Origin: Octopus vulgaris
Lineage: Eukaryota
Direction of reading: 5' to 3'
Length of the DNA: 64,000 nucleotides
NCBI GenBank assembly: GCA_951406725.2
Contig: OX597817.1
Location: 149,234,001-149,298,000 of the forward strand
Position numbers and translations under genes: made by a program. The stretch's first letter is position 1. Every line of letters starts with the position of its first letter. Below are positions 1 through 13,430 of the stretch, piece after piece. The notes beneath the pieces are model-generated. The model was not told where the DNA came from. It saw only the letters and a list, made by a program, of their open reading frames with translations, and did not search any database.

Positions 1-392
1 AGCGCGCCGGAAGTAATACTTAGCGGTATTTCGTCTGTCGTTACATTCTGAGTTCAAATTCATCCGAAGGTCGATATTGCCTTTCATCCTTTTGGGGTCG
101 ATAAATAAAGTACCAGTTTCGCACTGAGGTCGATGTAATTGACTTAATCCCTTTATCTGTCCTTGCTTCTCCCCTTTATGTTTAGCCCCTTGTGGGTAGT
201 AAAGAAATAGGTTTTTCGTCTGTCGTTACATTCTGAGTTCAAATTCCGCCGAGGTCGACTTTGCCTTTCATCCTTTCGAGGTTGATAAATTAAGTACCAG
301 TTTCATACTGGGGTCGATGTAATCAACTTAATCCCTTTGTCTGTCCTTCTTTCACCCCTCTATATTTAGCCCCTTGTGGGCAGTAAAGAAAT
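1..392 (+). mobile_element. SINE family A, two head-to-tail units, 5' truncated by window edge
   Basis: ttctgagttcaaattccgccgaggtcgactttgcctttcatcctttcggggtcgataaa..aagtaccag (B-box-like gagttcaaattcc) recurs throughout the window; tail tttagccccttgtggg..gtaaagaaata. Confidence 0.85.
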
Positions 393-429
393 ATATCATT
401 CTATTTTATCCGTTCTAATTATTTAATTA

Positions 430-640
430 GGCAAAAACGAGAGGCAAAAACCTTGAAACTATAGTCCGTATGTATCACATAGGTTTTCGAGGGAGGATGA
501 CCTCCCTTTGCAAATAACACAAGGGCACTGAAATTGTGTCTAAGGCCAGCTGAAGACGTCGATCTCCTGGGGCTAAAAGCGTCAGTAACACCCACCCCTA
601 GTGGCTAGCCACATTTAGATAGGTAGTACACTTTACGTTA
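430..640 (+). mobile_element. Decayed copy of HHR element family E (Penelope pLTR-like)
   Basis: Aligns by eye to the reverse complement of 2353-2530 (ccctttgcaaata..gccagctg..ctcctggggcta..tagccacattta); keeps GAAA-ctatag-TC but CTGANGA is decayed. Confidence 0.6.
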
Positions 641-1015
641 AATTATTTAATTATTTTCTACCCACAAGTAACTGTATTTACGTTAAAAATTAAATTTTAT
701 TCGTATTTCTTAAATATTTACCATTTTCCTTTATTTCTTGTAGTTGTTATTGTTGTTGCCGTTGTTGTTGTTGTTGTTGTTGTGGTTGTTACCTGTTTGT
801 TATTATTTCCTGTGCTATTGCTATTATCTTTACAATCGTACTTGTTGTTATTACTACTTTGTTGTTGAATACGAGCTGTTTCTCTTGCTTTAGTTGTTTG
901 TACTGTTGTTATTTCTGTTGTTGCTGTTATTTCCCATTTTATTGTTGTCATCTTTTGCTATTGCTTCTCTGATTTTTAGCCGTTGTTATTGTTAATGCTG
1001 TCGTTATTGCCAGTG

Positions 1016-1050
<35 letters not shown>

Positions 1051-1685
1051 GCAGTTTTCTGTTTCCTGGCGGAGCTCCGGGGAGGTTTTTGTCAACTTAA
1101 TTTTGATTGATCGGTTCTGGTTGATAAACATCAAATTACGAGATTTTTTTTTTTTTTTCTCTTTTTTCAAATCTTTTTCCGATTTAATTCTTGTTGTTTG
1201 TATTTCTTTCTTTTTTTACTTTCCTATTTCAATTTGCTTGGTTTCATGATTTTCTGGTTTACCGGTTTTTTTAATTTACTGCCTTCATTGTTGATTTTCT
1301 ATTTCAGTTGTTTAGTTTGATGGATTCGTTCTTTCCTAAGTATGCTCTCTGTATTGTAGTTTTCATGTGACTCCATTTTTCTTGTTAATCTTTAGTCTTT
1401 TTTTTTATCTTAGTTTGACTTGCATCTTTATCGATTTAAGTGTTTGATTGTTTAATGGTTTGGTAGTTTAATGGTTTGGTAGTTTTAAAAAATTTAATGG
1501 ATTATTTAACTTAGTTTCTTGCATTGTTGGTTTCGTTGGATGTTTTGAATATAGAATTATGCTTTTCTGTTTTCCATTCATTGCTTTGGCTTCATTTCGT
1601 GGATCGATTGTTCGGTTGGCATCACAGTTTCATGCCCGGCTTGTTTGATGATAAACTAAACCTTGGTTAATTGTTTCATCGATAA

Positions 1686-1811
<126 letters not shown>

Positions 1812-2239
1812 CATTCATATATATATATGTTCAATTAGAGGTTAAATAAGCATCATTAAGGGATAATAATATCCAATGAATTTACTGGGATTTTTTACCT
1901 ATTATTTTTTTTTAATATTAAATTTAATCTTCAAACATATATGTACGTATGTATGTATGTTTGTATGTATGTATGTATGTATGTATGTATGTATGTACAA
2001 GGTGGAGACTGGAGTCTATGGCACTACATTTATTCACTCGCTTACAATTTTTCAAGCAACATGCAGGGGACCAATCAAACATAATGTCTGTAGTCATGGA
2101 TGATAATGATTTAGTCATGCGAATTATGTGATGTATATAATATATATATACATTACATATACATATGTATATATATATATATAATATATAATAGGTTCGG
2201 CAGTCATTTAGTCTTAACCGAACTGAGTTAACAGATATC

Positions 2240-2306
<67 letters not shown>

Positions 2307-2311
2307 TGTGC

Positions 2312-2352
<41 letters not shown>

Positions 2353-2354
<2 letters not shown>

Positions 2355-2569
2355 GTATATTTGCCACTTAAATGTGGCTAACCACTAAGGGTGGATGCTA
2401 CTATAGCTTGTAGCCCCAGGAGAACATCCAGCTGGCTATTGATACATTTTCTGTGCCCTATCAGTATTTGCAAAGGGAAGCCATCCTTCCCATCGTATTC
2501 TGATGTGATACGCACGGACCAGGGTTTCTGAGTATTTACTCGTCGTCAGCGTACGACAATCACCGGTCT

Positions 2570-2572
<3 letters not shown>
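2353..2572 (-). mobile_element. HHR element family E (Penelope pLTR/retrozyme-like) between (TG)n and (TA)n
   Basis: Contains a complete hammerhead core; related copies at 430-640 and 36812-36860. Confidence 0.7.
2511..2555 (-). ncRNA. Minimal type I hammerhead ribozyme
   Basis: Minus strand reads cgtacg CTGACGA cgagtaaatactca GAAA ccctgg TC cgtgcg: 6-bp stem I, gagt/actc stem II, GUC cleavage triplet. Confidence 0.75.
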
Positions 2573-2654
<82 letters not shown>

Positions 2655-3601
2655 ATATGTATGTATATATATATGTATGTATGTATGTATATATATATAT
2701 CAGTTAAAGGTTTGATGTTGGATGTTTTGGGTTGTTTGATAGTTCAATGAATTCATGGTTTCATGATTGGCTAGGTTAATGTTTAATTGTCTGATCAGTT
2801 TTTCGATGTCTGGCTTGTTTGAAGACACCATTGATTGTCTTTTCGTTTGAATCGTTGATGGTTCAATGATTTAACATTCGATTTAATTAATTGATCTGGC
2901 TGTCTTGATGGCTTGATTTTTATGCTTTGGAGCAATCAATTTTGTACCTGTTGGTTATTTACTCGGTTACTGATCGTTCTTTTTCCTCCATTTTAGTTTT
3001 CCATTTTAGTTTATGAGTTTTCCTTTTTTTATTATTATTTATTGAACTTCATTGGTATTTAGTTTGTTACCGTCTATTTTTAATTTGCTTATTACTTTGG
3101 GGCTCGGCTGGTTGTTATAGTGAGTTCACTTGCTTAGCTATATTGATCCGTTGCGTAGGTTTGATCGCCTAGTCTGACTCACATTAAACACAATTTGTCA
3201 ATGTCAAATTGTCTATTAGAGGTTCTCTGTAAATGTCATTTATTTCTGCGACCGGCTAAAAAATATTTTTACTTGCATCTGTCGTATGAATAATATTAGT
3301 GTTCACAAAACACTTTTGACTGATGAGTGCATCAATTGATTCTGTCGCCGCAGAATTTTTGTTTCTTCATATATATATTTGATTTTTTTCTGTTTTGTCT
3401 ATTTTTTTTGTGTCGTTTTGTTTTGTTTTTATTGTTCATCTTACTGCCTTTTGCTGCTGTTATTGTGACTGCTGTGGTTGTTGCTGTTTCGTGAATAGAA
3501 ATTCATAAAACACTAAGGTGTGGTGGCGGTCTTGGGGGTACAGAAAAGAGTTATCGCGTCGACGTCGACGTCGTCGGTGTCGTCATCGTGATGGTCATTA
3601 T

Positions 3602-3975
3602 CTTTTCTACTCAAGGCACAAGGCCCGAAATTTCTGGCGAGGGGGAGGGGGCAATCGATTAGATTAAACCCAGTACGCAAATGGTACTTAATTCCTCGAC
3701 CCCGTAAAAGGTGAAAGGCAAAGTCGACCTCGGCGGAATTTGAACTCAGAACGTAGCAGCAGACGAAATACCTATTTCTTTACTACTCACAAGGGGCTAA
3801 ACACAGAGAGGACAAACAAGGACATACAAAGGGATTAAGTCGATTATATCGACCCCAGTGCGTAACTGGTACTTAATTTATCGACCCCGAAAGAATAAAA
3901 GGCAAAGTCGACTTCGGCGTAATTTGAACTCAGAACGTAGCGGCAGACGAAATACCGCTAAGCCTTTTGCCCATC
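3602..3975 (-). mobile_element. SINE family A, two units
   Basis: Reverse complement of the family A body (aaaggcaaagtcgacctcggcggaatttgaactcagaacgta) occurs twice. Confidence 0.85.
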
Positions 3976-4004
3976 CTCATTATTGTTTTTGCTCTTGTTG
4001 TTGT

Positions 4005-5800
4005 AGTTTAGCCCCTGGTTATTAATAAATGTACAAACTAATGAACCAATGCAATCGAAACAAAAACGTCCCCCTACATCTGGGGGTTCATGCGGAACTG
4101 CATTATTCGATATGTTCTTCACTTAAGCTGAAAATATTCGGCTGCTTTTTCTAGCAGGTACAGCAATACCACAGTCTACTTCTAAATTGGGATGCTTGAA
4201 ATGAGGGAGATTTGGGATCGATTGCTAACAGGTCGAATAACAATATAAAGGCTCTCCCTCAGACGGTGATCATTCAGATGAGTGAAATTTTCAGTTTGTA
4301 AAGCAATAGAATGTCACCTGTAAGCTAGATAAAAGAAATATTGTGTGTGTGCGTGCGTGCGTGTGTGTGCATGTGTGTGTGTGCGTGCGTGTGTGTGTAT
4401 GCGTGTGCGTGTGTGTGTGTCTGTGTGTGTGCGTGCGTGCGTATGTGTGCATGTATGTGTGTGTATGTGTGTATGTGTCTGTGTGTGTACGTATGTATGT
4501 GCGTGCGTGCGTTTTGATAAGTTTGTTACAGTGTAATATTACTATTATTGCTGTTGTTGATTATGCCTAATTGAGTAGAAGGTCGATCAGAGGTAATCCA
4601 ACCATGACTGTTCCGATTATTTTAAGGCAGCAATGGGAGATTGAGGAATATTTGACTTCTACTTCTAGCATCAAGAGCGACCACGTAGAAACTCGCGTAG
4701 AACTGAAGTGTAGCACGTAAAGTGGTTCAATTTTAGGAAGATTTGGCTGCTATTTCTACCAGCCAGTGCTATAAACACTCCCTCAAGTTTAAGCGCAGTG
4801 TAAAACCTGGAGGACTTCGATTAAAGGAAAATTTCGCTGCTATTTCTATCAGCTAAATCGACTAAAGAACCCTCAAATGTGACACAACAAGCACTTGACT
4901 GGAACACACAGGAGAAAAGGAAGCGAGGACGCCCGAAGCAGACATGGGGGAGGAGCATTTTGGACGAGCTCAGGACCACTGGCCTGACATGGGAAGCAGT
5001 CAAGAAACACGCCAATGATTGCAAAATGTGGAAAACAACTGTTGAGGCCCTATACTTCACAAGGGGAAGAAGAAGAAGAAGAAGAAGAAGAAGAAGAAGA
5101 AGAAGAAGAAGAAGAAGAAGAAGAAGAAGAAGAAGAAGAAGAAGAAGAAGAAGAAGAAGAAGAAGAAGAAGAAGAAATCTACTATACAGACGCTTTTGCA
5201 TGTAGGGGTGTAGTGTAGCACTTGGAGTCGTACGATTTGAGGGAGATTTGGCTGAGAAATCATGGGCGACTTGTAACCCGCGGCACTTTTTGAATGGCAC
5301 GTCAGACGAAAAAATTACTTTGAAAACTGTTAGTAACGCGACCCTCTTGATGATGAACTATGTGTCTTGCAGTCCGCTTCCCGAAAAAGGTTGCCCACAC
5401 CTGAGGTAGAGTGATTATACAGATACTTTTTGATGTAGATATGTAGCGTACCCCTTGGAGATGTGCAATTCGAGGGATATTTATCTGCTTAGCACTTGGA
5501 ATGGTACGATTTGAGGACGATTTAGCTGCTATTTCTATCAAGTAGAGCAACAAAACAGACACTCTCACATGTAGAGGTGCACGGTAGCATTTATGGTAAG
5601 ATTTGAGTGATATTTGGCTGCTATTTCTCCAAGTTCCAACCACCAAATCGACACGGTCTTATGGAGAAGGGAAGCATAGTGCTTATAATGGCAGGTAACT
5701 ATTTGGTTTGATTCTATTATTTAGCCACAAGTCAGCCTTGAATAAACAGACATTTGACCCGAAGTATTCCACTCGTGGCAATTCGGAGATTGTTCAGGCA
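4005..5800 (+). repeat. Old degenerate repeat cluster with ~90-bp recurring motif
   Basis: Variants of gatttgagggagatttggctgctatttctagcag near 4135, 4203, 4642, 4730, 4822, 5235, 5470, 5510 and 5602. Confidence 0.6.
4877..5176 (+). mobile_element. RTE-clade LINE 3' fragment with (GAA)n tail
   Basis: QALDWNTQEKRKRGRPKQTW...LTWEAVKKHANDCKMWKTTVEAL is the typical RTE C-terminus, followed directly by ~36 GAA units. Confidence 0.85.
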
Positions 5801-5811
5801 TGGTGTGTCTC

Positions 5812-6488
5812 GGACGCAAATTTATTGTTTTTCTAACGTGAGTTCCGGACCCCAGTTGCATACAACCAATCTGAGCTCAACTATGAAACTAGCGTCAACC
5901 TAGTCGCGAAAATACTCCGGTTGAGTTCAGTGGATAATGTGTGTTATAGCAAAATTTAGCTGTTCTAAACGGGTTAATAGGGGTGACAAATGTGAAATTT
6001 AATGTATAAAGTGAATGGAGAGCTGCTCACCGATGATGCCATAAGTGTTGTCAATTTGCGTAAATTACTAGAAAATGTAAATGAGTGTTGTTGCCTAATT
6101 TTTTGACTGATTTTGTACATTCCTAATTTAAGATGTCGGTGTTGATCTGGAAACATCGTAATCAATATGGCGTTGTGTCGTATTGCGCTCTCCTTGGGTA
6201 CATGGGTACATTGCAGTATCACTAATCTCAGTCTGAGCATAGGTACCTAATGTAAGCTCCATATAGAGATGGTACTCAATTGATCTGTGAGGATGGTGGG
6301 GGGAATGTGATGTTTATGTGAGACCGGCTATGCTGTACTCACAGAGTGGTATACACCATTCTATGCCTGACTGGCTGTACTGTAGCAGTACGCAGTATGC
6401 GGATTTTCAAGGTGAGCTCTGATTGGCTGAATGCAAATGAGTTCATTACTGGGGTCCGGAACTCTCGTGGGAAAAAAATTTCGCGTCC
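5812..6488. mobile_element. MITE-like non-autonomous element with long imperfect TIRs
   Basis: Left ggacgcaaattt..cgtgagttccggaccccagt vs right actggggtccggaactctcg..aaatttcgcgtcc; subterminal ccaatctgagctca / tgagctctgattgg also inverted; no ORF. Confidence 0.75.
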
Positions 6489-7044
6489 CGGACTACATTA
6501 TCGAATGAGTCCTCTTTTTTAAAGATTGTAAGTTCAGATTTGAAAGAAATGCTCCTGGTATTTCCTGCCAGTTGCGTGAACATGGAGAGTCTCGTAAATT
6601 AATCTGGTAACTATTTGACTTAGTTTTTCAGCCAAAGACGTGAGGTTTCTTGGCGAGCAGGATAGTTTTTCGTTTCGTCTTTAGAGATTTCAATGGAAAT
6701 TCTGTTGAAAGAAATTTATGGCAGAAACAGATTTATTATAACAAACAATCAGATATTAAAGGAATATTAATCTTTATTCAGAAAAACGAAGCAGTTAAAG
6801 GGTTCACAGGCTGGAAAATAGAAACCTTTTGGTATCAGTGTGTATAAGTGGTAATCCTTGACAGATAATCGAGGCAATTGGAGATGGATATCATCTATGT
6901 CGGGGCTGAACATTTCGACAAAGCATCAGAAGGGTCTCACAGTGATAAAAGTGTACGAATAAAGTAGCGCGTTTGTATGTGTATGTGTGCGAATGTATAC
7001 GTGCGTGTGCACGTATTCGTGCATATATATATGCATATATATGC

Positions 7045-7080
<36 letters not shown>

Positions 7081-7086
7081 GTATGT

Positions 7087-7672
7087 TGTGTCAGGTCACT
7101 TTCGAGTACTACTGGTAACATGTAACCCAGTACAACTTGTCGCATGGTCTGGTCGTCGGCGACTAAACCGGCAACCCCACCAAGCTTGCTTGGTGAGGAG
7201 GGTGTTTATTGGACACCCTGCGGGATGAAAATCAAAACCCGTCAAAGGGCGGAGTAACTCTTGAGAGTCAACGGCCATTCAATAAATGTCTTAAGGCTGT
7301 ATCATGCGCGGGGACATAGAAATAATCGGACTGAATACCTGATCGCGCAGTTAAACCATTGGGAGTGAAGGACTCCTAGCCTTTGTTAGGGCATCCTTCT
7401 AGGAGAAGATAACTCAGGTAACTGGGATAACTCCGATATAAAACCTGCGGCTCAGTGGTTACCGATGATGTTGACTTTTCTTCTTTTCAGATTATGGCTG
7501 CTATTGCTTAGTGAGTGGGATTGACTCAGTGCACAGCCTTTTCTCACTTGTACAGGCATTGTACAGGCATTGCACGATACAATCTTCTTGTACAGGCATT
7601 GCACGATAACAACATTGATTAAGCTTCGTGCAATGGCCATACTCGATAACGAGGGGGCAGCCACCACCACCA
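7087..7672 (+). mobile_element. Bipartite non-autonomous RTE derivative (5'UTR fused to 3' tail) in (ATGT)n
   Basis: RTE 5'UTR-like gggcatccttctaggagaagataactc..aaacc; 3' end ttaagcttcgtgcaatggccatactcgataac.aggg.gcagcca nearly identical to the RTE 3'UTR at 43251-43295. Confidence 0.7.
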
Positions 7673-7778
7673 TGTATGTATGTATGTATGTATATTCTCT
7701 TATTTTCTTATATGTTTCAGTCCAATGACTGTGGCCATGCTGCAGCACCGACATTGTGTATATATGTGTATATATATA

Positions 7779-8163
7779 CTTTTATTCTTTGATTTGTTTC
7801 AGTCATTTGACTGCGGCCATGCTGGAGCACCGCCTTTAGTCAAGCAAATCGACCCCAAGACTTATTCTTTGTAAGCCTAGTACTTATTCTATCGGTCTCT
7901 TTTGCTGAACCGCTAATTTACGGGGACATAAACACACCACATCTGTTGTCAAGCAATGTTGGGGGAGGGGGACAAACACATACATACAAACATACACACA
8001 CATATATACGACAGGCTTCTTTCAGTTTCCGTCTACTATATCCACTCACAAGGCTTTGGTCGTTCCAAGGCTATAGTACAAGACACATGCCAAAGGTGCC
8101 ACGCAGTGGGACTGAACCCGGAACCATGTGGTTGGTAAGCAAGCTACTTACCACACAGCCACT
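7779..8163 (-). mobile_element. SINE family B (tRNA-like head, internal microsatellite, CR1-like tail)
   Basis: Minus strand gagtggctgtgtggtaagtagc..ggttccgggttcagtccc..; tail ggcggtgctccagcatggccgcagtcaaatgactgaaac. Confidence 0.88.
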
Positions 8164-8395
8164 CTTTTATTCTTGTGTATGTATGGCCTAGTTCTCCGTC
8201 GGTTACGATTATTGTTCCAGCTGATCGGACCAACGGAACTGCCCGCTCGTGAAATTAACAAACAAGAGGCTGAGTACTCCGCAGACCCGTATTCTTTAAA
8301 ATAGTTCTCATGGGGATTTAGCGTGACACAGAATGCGATCAGAATGATCCCTTGAACTACAAAGCAATTTTTTCTTTCTTTCTTACTTTCTTTAC

Positions 8396-8426
<31 letters not shown>

Positions 8427-8656
8427 TTTGCAGGCCCATTTTTACACACTTCGTTGGTATCCTTTGGATCGGCAATGCTCATACAACAGATTCAGATGGT
8501 GTACAACACATCTGGACGAGCCCTGAATAACGTATTTCTGTGTGTTAATGCTTCATCAATGTCAAACACATCTTCAATCATTCCTACATATAAACAGAAT
8601 AGAATGTCTTTCCACATTTGACTGTACACATTTGTGTTGAGTATAAATTTACTCAA

Positions 8657-9219
8657 AGGCGGCGAGCTGGCAGAAATGTTAGCACGTCGGGCGAAATGCG
8701 TAGCCGTATTTCGTCTGCCGTTACGTTCTGAGTTCAAATTCCGCCGAGGTCGACTTTGCCTTTTATCCTTTGGGGGTCGATTAAATAAGTACCAGTTATG
8801 CACTGGGGTCGATATAATCGACTTAATCCGTTTGTTTGTCCTTGTTTGTCCCCTCTGTGTTTAGCCCCGTGTGGGTAGTAAAGAAATAGGTATTTCATCT
8901 GTCTTCACGTTTTGAGTTCAAATTCCGCCGTGGTTCACGTTGCCTTTCATTCTTTCGGGATCGATAAATTAAATACCAGTTGCGTACTGGGGTCGATATA
9001 ATCGACTGGCCTCCCCACAAAAAATTTCGGGTCTTTTGCCTAGAGGAGAAAAGAAATACATCTGTCTTTATGTTTTGAGTTCAAATTCCGCCGAGGTTGA
9101 CTTTGCATTTCATCCTTCCGGTGTCGATGAACTAAGTACCAGTTGCGTACTGGAGTCGATCAATTCGACTGACCCCCTCCCCCAAAATTTTTGGGCCTTG
9201 TCCTTAAAGTAGAAAAGAG
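8657..9219 (+). mobile_element. SINE family A, full head plus two further units
   Basis: ggcggcgagctggcagaaatgttagc head, then three gagttcaaattccgccg bodies. Confidence 0.88.
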
Positions 9220-9640
9220 TATAAATTTTCTCAGCTTAATTTTAATTGTCACTGCTTTATGTTATTATAATGAATTCTAGCGTTTCAAGCCTTTGAAAAC
9301 ATCAGCAAACGGATTTTGTCAGAGTTTGTATATAGGAACATCCCTTCTTACTGAGCTAGGAATAACAGCAACAGTTAATAACTGTAACTGATTGTACATA
9401 AACAAATAAAAACACATATCTTGCACTCCAATGACATCATTCAAATCCATTTCAATATGTTTTCTCTGATACTCAAAGAACGTCGTTCAGAGGTTATGTA
9501 TTTTGTTATACGAATCAGAATCAGTATTTGATTAAAATAGCTATCTGTATGTCATACTAAACGCAGATACTTCGCGAAAGGCAAATTTTAATGCGGAATT
9601 TTTCCAGTGACAATAACCCTTATAGAGGCATTTTTTTTTG

Positions 9641-9887
9641 TCTTTTACCTGTTTCAGTCATTTGACTGTGGCCATGCTAGAGCACCGCCTTTTAGTCGAG
9701 CAAATCGACCCAAGGACTTATTCTTTGTAAGCCTAGTACTTATTCTATCGGTCTCTTTTGCCAAACTGCTAAGTTATGGGGGACGTAAACACCCCAGCAT
9801 CGGTTGTCAAGCGATGTTGGGAAACAAACACAGACACATAAACATATACACACACATACATACATACATACATATATATATATATTT

Positions 9888-9931
<44 letters not shown>

Positions 9932-10082
9932 CACACATATATACGACGGGCTTCTTTCAGTTTCCGTCTGCCAAATCCACTCACAAGGATTTGGTCGGCC
10001 CGATGCGATAGTAGAAGACTGAACCCGGAACCATGTGGTTCGTTAGCAAGCTACTCACCACACAGCCACGCCCGCGCCCGCA
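9641..10082 (-). mobile_element. SINE family B, internally deleted
   Basis: Same head, body and tail as 7779-8163. Confidence 0.85.
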
Positions 10083-11077
10083 TTTGTTTTGTTTTGTTTG
10101 TTTTTTTTTCATCAAAAATACGTTTTTTAAAATATTTATTGCAGTAGCAGCGCTGAAGATGCTTGATGTGCATTTCTTCCTGCTTGGGTTTTGACACAAG
10201 TATGTACTTGTAATTGTACTTGCAGCGGCATACACCCGGGGTGGATTGAGTTCCATTGACCTACTGTTCAGTGTTTCAGTGGGAATACAAATTCACATGT
10301 GGTCGCCGGTCACATGTGTACACACCTAGAGTATAGTGCCACGCTTAGCAGCTCAACTTGCCTTTCATCGTCGACCGCCGCAGAAGATTCTCTGACCAAG
10401 TCATTCTCGATTATTGGAGCAGACATACCCTAGATTTGAAGCTGGTTCTAGAGACATTGTGGTGGTGGTGGTGGTGGTGTTGGTGGTAGGAGTCACTGTG
10501 GTAATAGAACTTTAAACCCCAAAATATGATTATTTTTACTGACTTTTCTCTTGACTTAGTATTTTCCTGCTATCGTCATCATGAGCAGCTTTAGTATTGG
10601 TGTCGTTATTAGTGTTAGTGGTCGTAGCACTAGAAATAGTACCTCTAAGTATTAATATTATTGCTTATTTAGCTTGGATTGGAATTTATTAATAAAGTTC
10701 CTTTCACTGATTTCTCTCTCAATTTCACTTGGACTTTGTAGTTTGTAGAATGGAAATATTATAAATATTATCCGACCACATGTTGTTAGAAGGTTGTTAG
10801 AAATGTTGAAATCACTGAAACAAGTAAAAGATAAAAGATAACGTGTATATATCTCTGTGTGAGAGTGTATATACATGCGCGCGTATGTGTCTGTGTATAT
10901 GTATATATTTGGTGTGTGTGTGTGAGTGACTCGGTGATTGATGTGTGTGCTTGTATATCCGTGTGTGTTTGTGTGTTTGTATGTCTGTGTGTATGTATGT
11001 CTATAAAATACTATCTCCGTTTGAATATTTAAAATACTGGTACATTTGTACTCGGAATGGCGGATTTATATATCTAT

Positions 11078-11328
<251 letters not shown>

Positions 11329-12822
11329 CAAATGAATAAACAGTTCACATAAGCAAAATTCAAACGCTTGTACCATTAGTCGAGCTTGTGGTATTGTCAT
11401 TTCTAAGAATTGGACCGAACCAACGCTAAACCAACAGATTGGAACATTTCAGAAAAATCTGTCACTGCTTAATCTTCTATCTAGTTCCACTAATGAAGAA
11501 ACTGGTCACCAGAAGACAAGCAGCAGACTGTATCACAGTAACTATGGCAGTAACCGTTCGCTATATAATGGCTACCGCCATCTTCTAAGTGCCGCTGGCG
11601 CCTTATTACCAATAATAATGTTTTCCTTCTGACTTAATCGCTTTCTGTCAACTAAGGTCCAACAAGTTCACTGAGACAGTTCTGCTTTCAGTTCTATGAT
11701 ATTCAAATGAGATGCAAATAAATGCAATGACTTAGTGCATGTAATCGACGTGTAATCTGATAAAATGCAAATATTTCCGCCGGTTGTTTCGGCTGCATTC
11801 ATCTGTTTGTGATATTACTATAGTTTGAGCTAGAAAACGTTTGATGGTGGTTCGATGGATCTCATGGCGTTCAGATGCCGTTGAAGAAGTAAAAATAAAA
11901 AGAAATTAAGAAGAGAAAGACGAAGAAGAAGAAAAAAAGACAAAATGCCGTGATGGTTATTTGCTTATTTCAAATCAGTAGAATATCATTCCTGTCTTTC
12001 CACCTGATAATTACTTTTTGTATCTTTTAGTATGGAGAGTAACCAAAACTCCATTATACAAAATAGACCATAACCACCATCAACACACCACAACTGCCGT
12101 TACACTATGGCCATCGCCACAGCTCCCACTTATACACCACCAACACCATTACTGCTATCATTAACCACCACCACCACCACCATCACCGATACTGATTTCT
12201 CCTCTGGTATTATAATGGCAATGCTTCTAACATATCAGTTTCCGTTCGAAACATGTAGCTTCCGTTGTTCGACTCTAGTAAATAAACACTGCGGGAAAAA
12301 ATAGCCTCGTGTTCAAATAGAAGTAAAGTGTTCGACATTGAAATGTTGTAAATCAAATATTCAACATTTTGTGAACATAGCATACGATAGTGTAACATCG
12401 TGTTTTCAGCAACATGTTGAAAATGCCTCTGCATTTGACGAGACAATTAAATGACCGTGCATGGCTTGGATTCGTTGCATACACTGGCAGTTGGAGCAGA
12501 TTTTAGTTTCCTTTATTGACGATGGATTTTGGAGTTATTTTTGCCTGAAAAATTACCAATTCTATACACACATACACAAGTGCACACATTTATATACACA
12601 TGCACATTTACACACACACACACACATACACACACACACACATGCATATACACGTATAAACGCTCTGGCTCAAACAGACACACATAGAGAAATAGATTGA
12701 AACGATGAATAAAGAGGTATATATATATGTGTGTGTGTGTGTGTGCGTGTGTATGTGTGTGTCTGTATCTGTGTCTATGAGTGTGTGTGTGTGTATAAAT
12801 ATATACATTAAAGTATAACGGA

Positions 12823-12963
12823 GAATGGAATAGTTATATCTGGAATAATCGCAATAAAAGATATATTAGTATATAGAATTGTAATACTATATTAATGATT
12901 AAATAACAATGTATACTAATATATGTTTTATTGTTAATATTCTAGATATAACCATTCCATTCT
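12823..12963. repeat. AT-rich foldback with ~52-bp imperfect arms
   Basis: agaatggaatagttatatctggaat..tatattagtata vs tatactaatata..attctagatataaccattccattct. Confidence 0.7.
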
Positions 12964-13106
12964 TTCTTATACTATATAATTGCTCTCTCGGCCCTGTTAA
13001 ATCCTTAAACATCTTGTTTAACATTCTGGACAATACCCCAAGTCCAGCACTTTACTAGTGACAGCCAATTCTTTTTTCTCCTAAAAAGACACATTTTATT
13101 AATTAC

Positions 13107-13146
<40 letters not shown>

Positions 13147-13150
13147 CACA

Positions 13151-13387
13151 CTAGTATTATAACCCGATTTCATGCGAGTCAACTCTGATCACATTTTACA
13201 GATGAGGAAATTTGCCCTCGGGGCCATACCTTTCAATTGAACGAACTCAAAGTTGCCATACAAACTCCCCAGTACTTTTAACATAGGTATGCAAATTTCC
13301 AGGTCAATCCGATCACATTTACTAACACTTTTGCCAGCACAACTGCTTGTGAGACAATGTCCGCCATTTTCACAAATATATAGTAGA
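13151..13387 (-). mobile_element. Short non-autonomous Helitron
   Basis: Minus strand: A|TCtactatatat...actcgcatgaaatcgggt imperfect hairpin...CTAG|T; no TSD. Confidence 0.65.
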
Positions 13388-13430
13388 TATATATATATAT
13401 ACACACATATACACAGATATATATATATAT

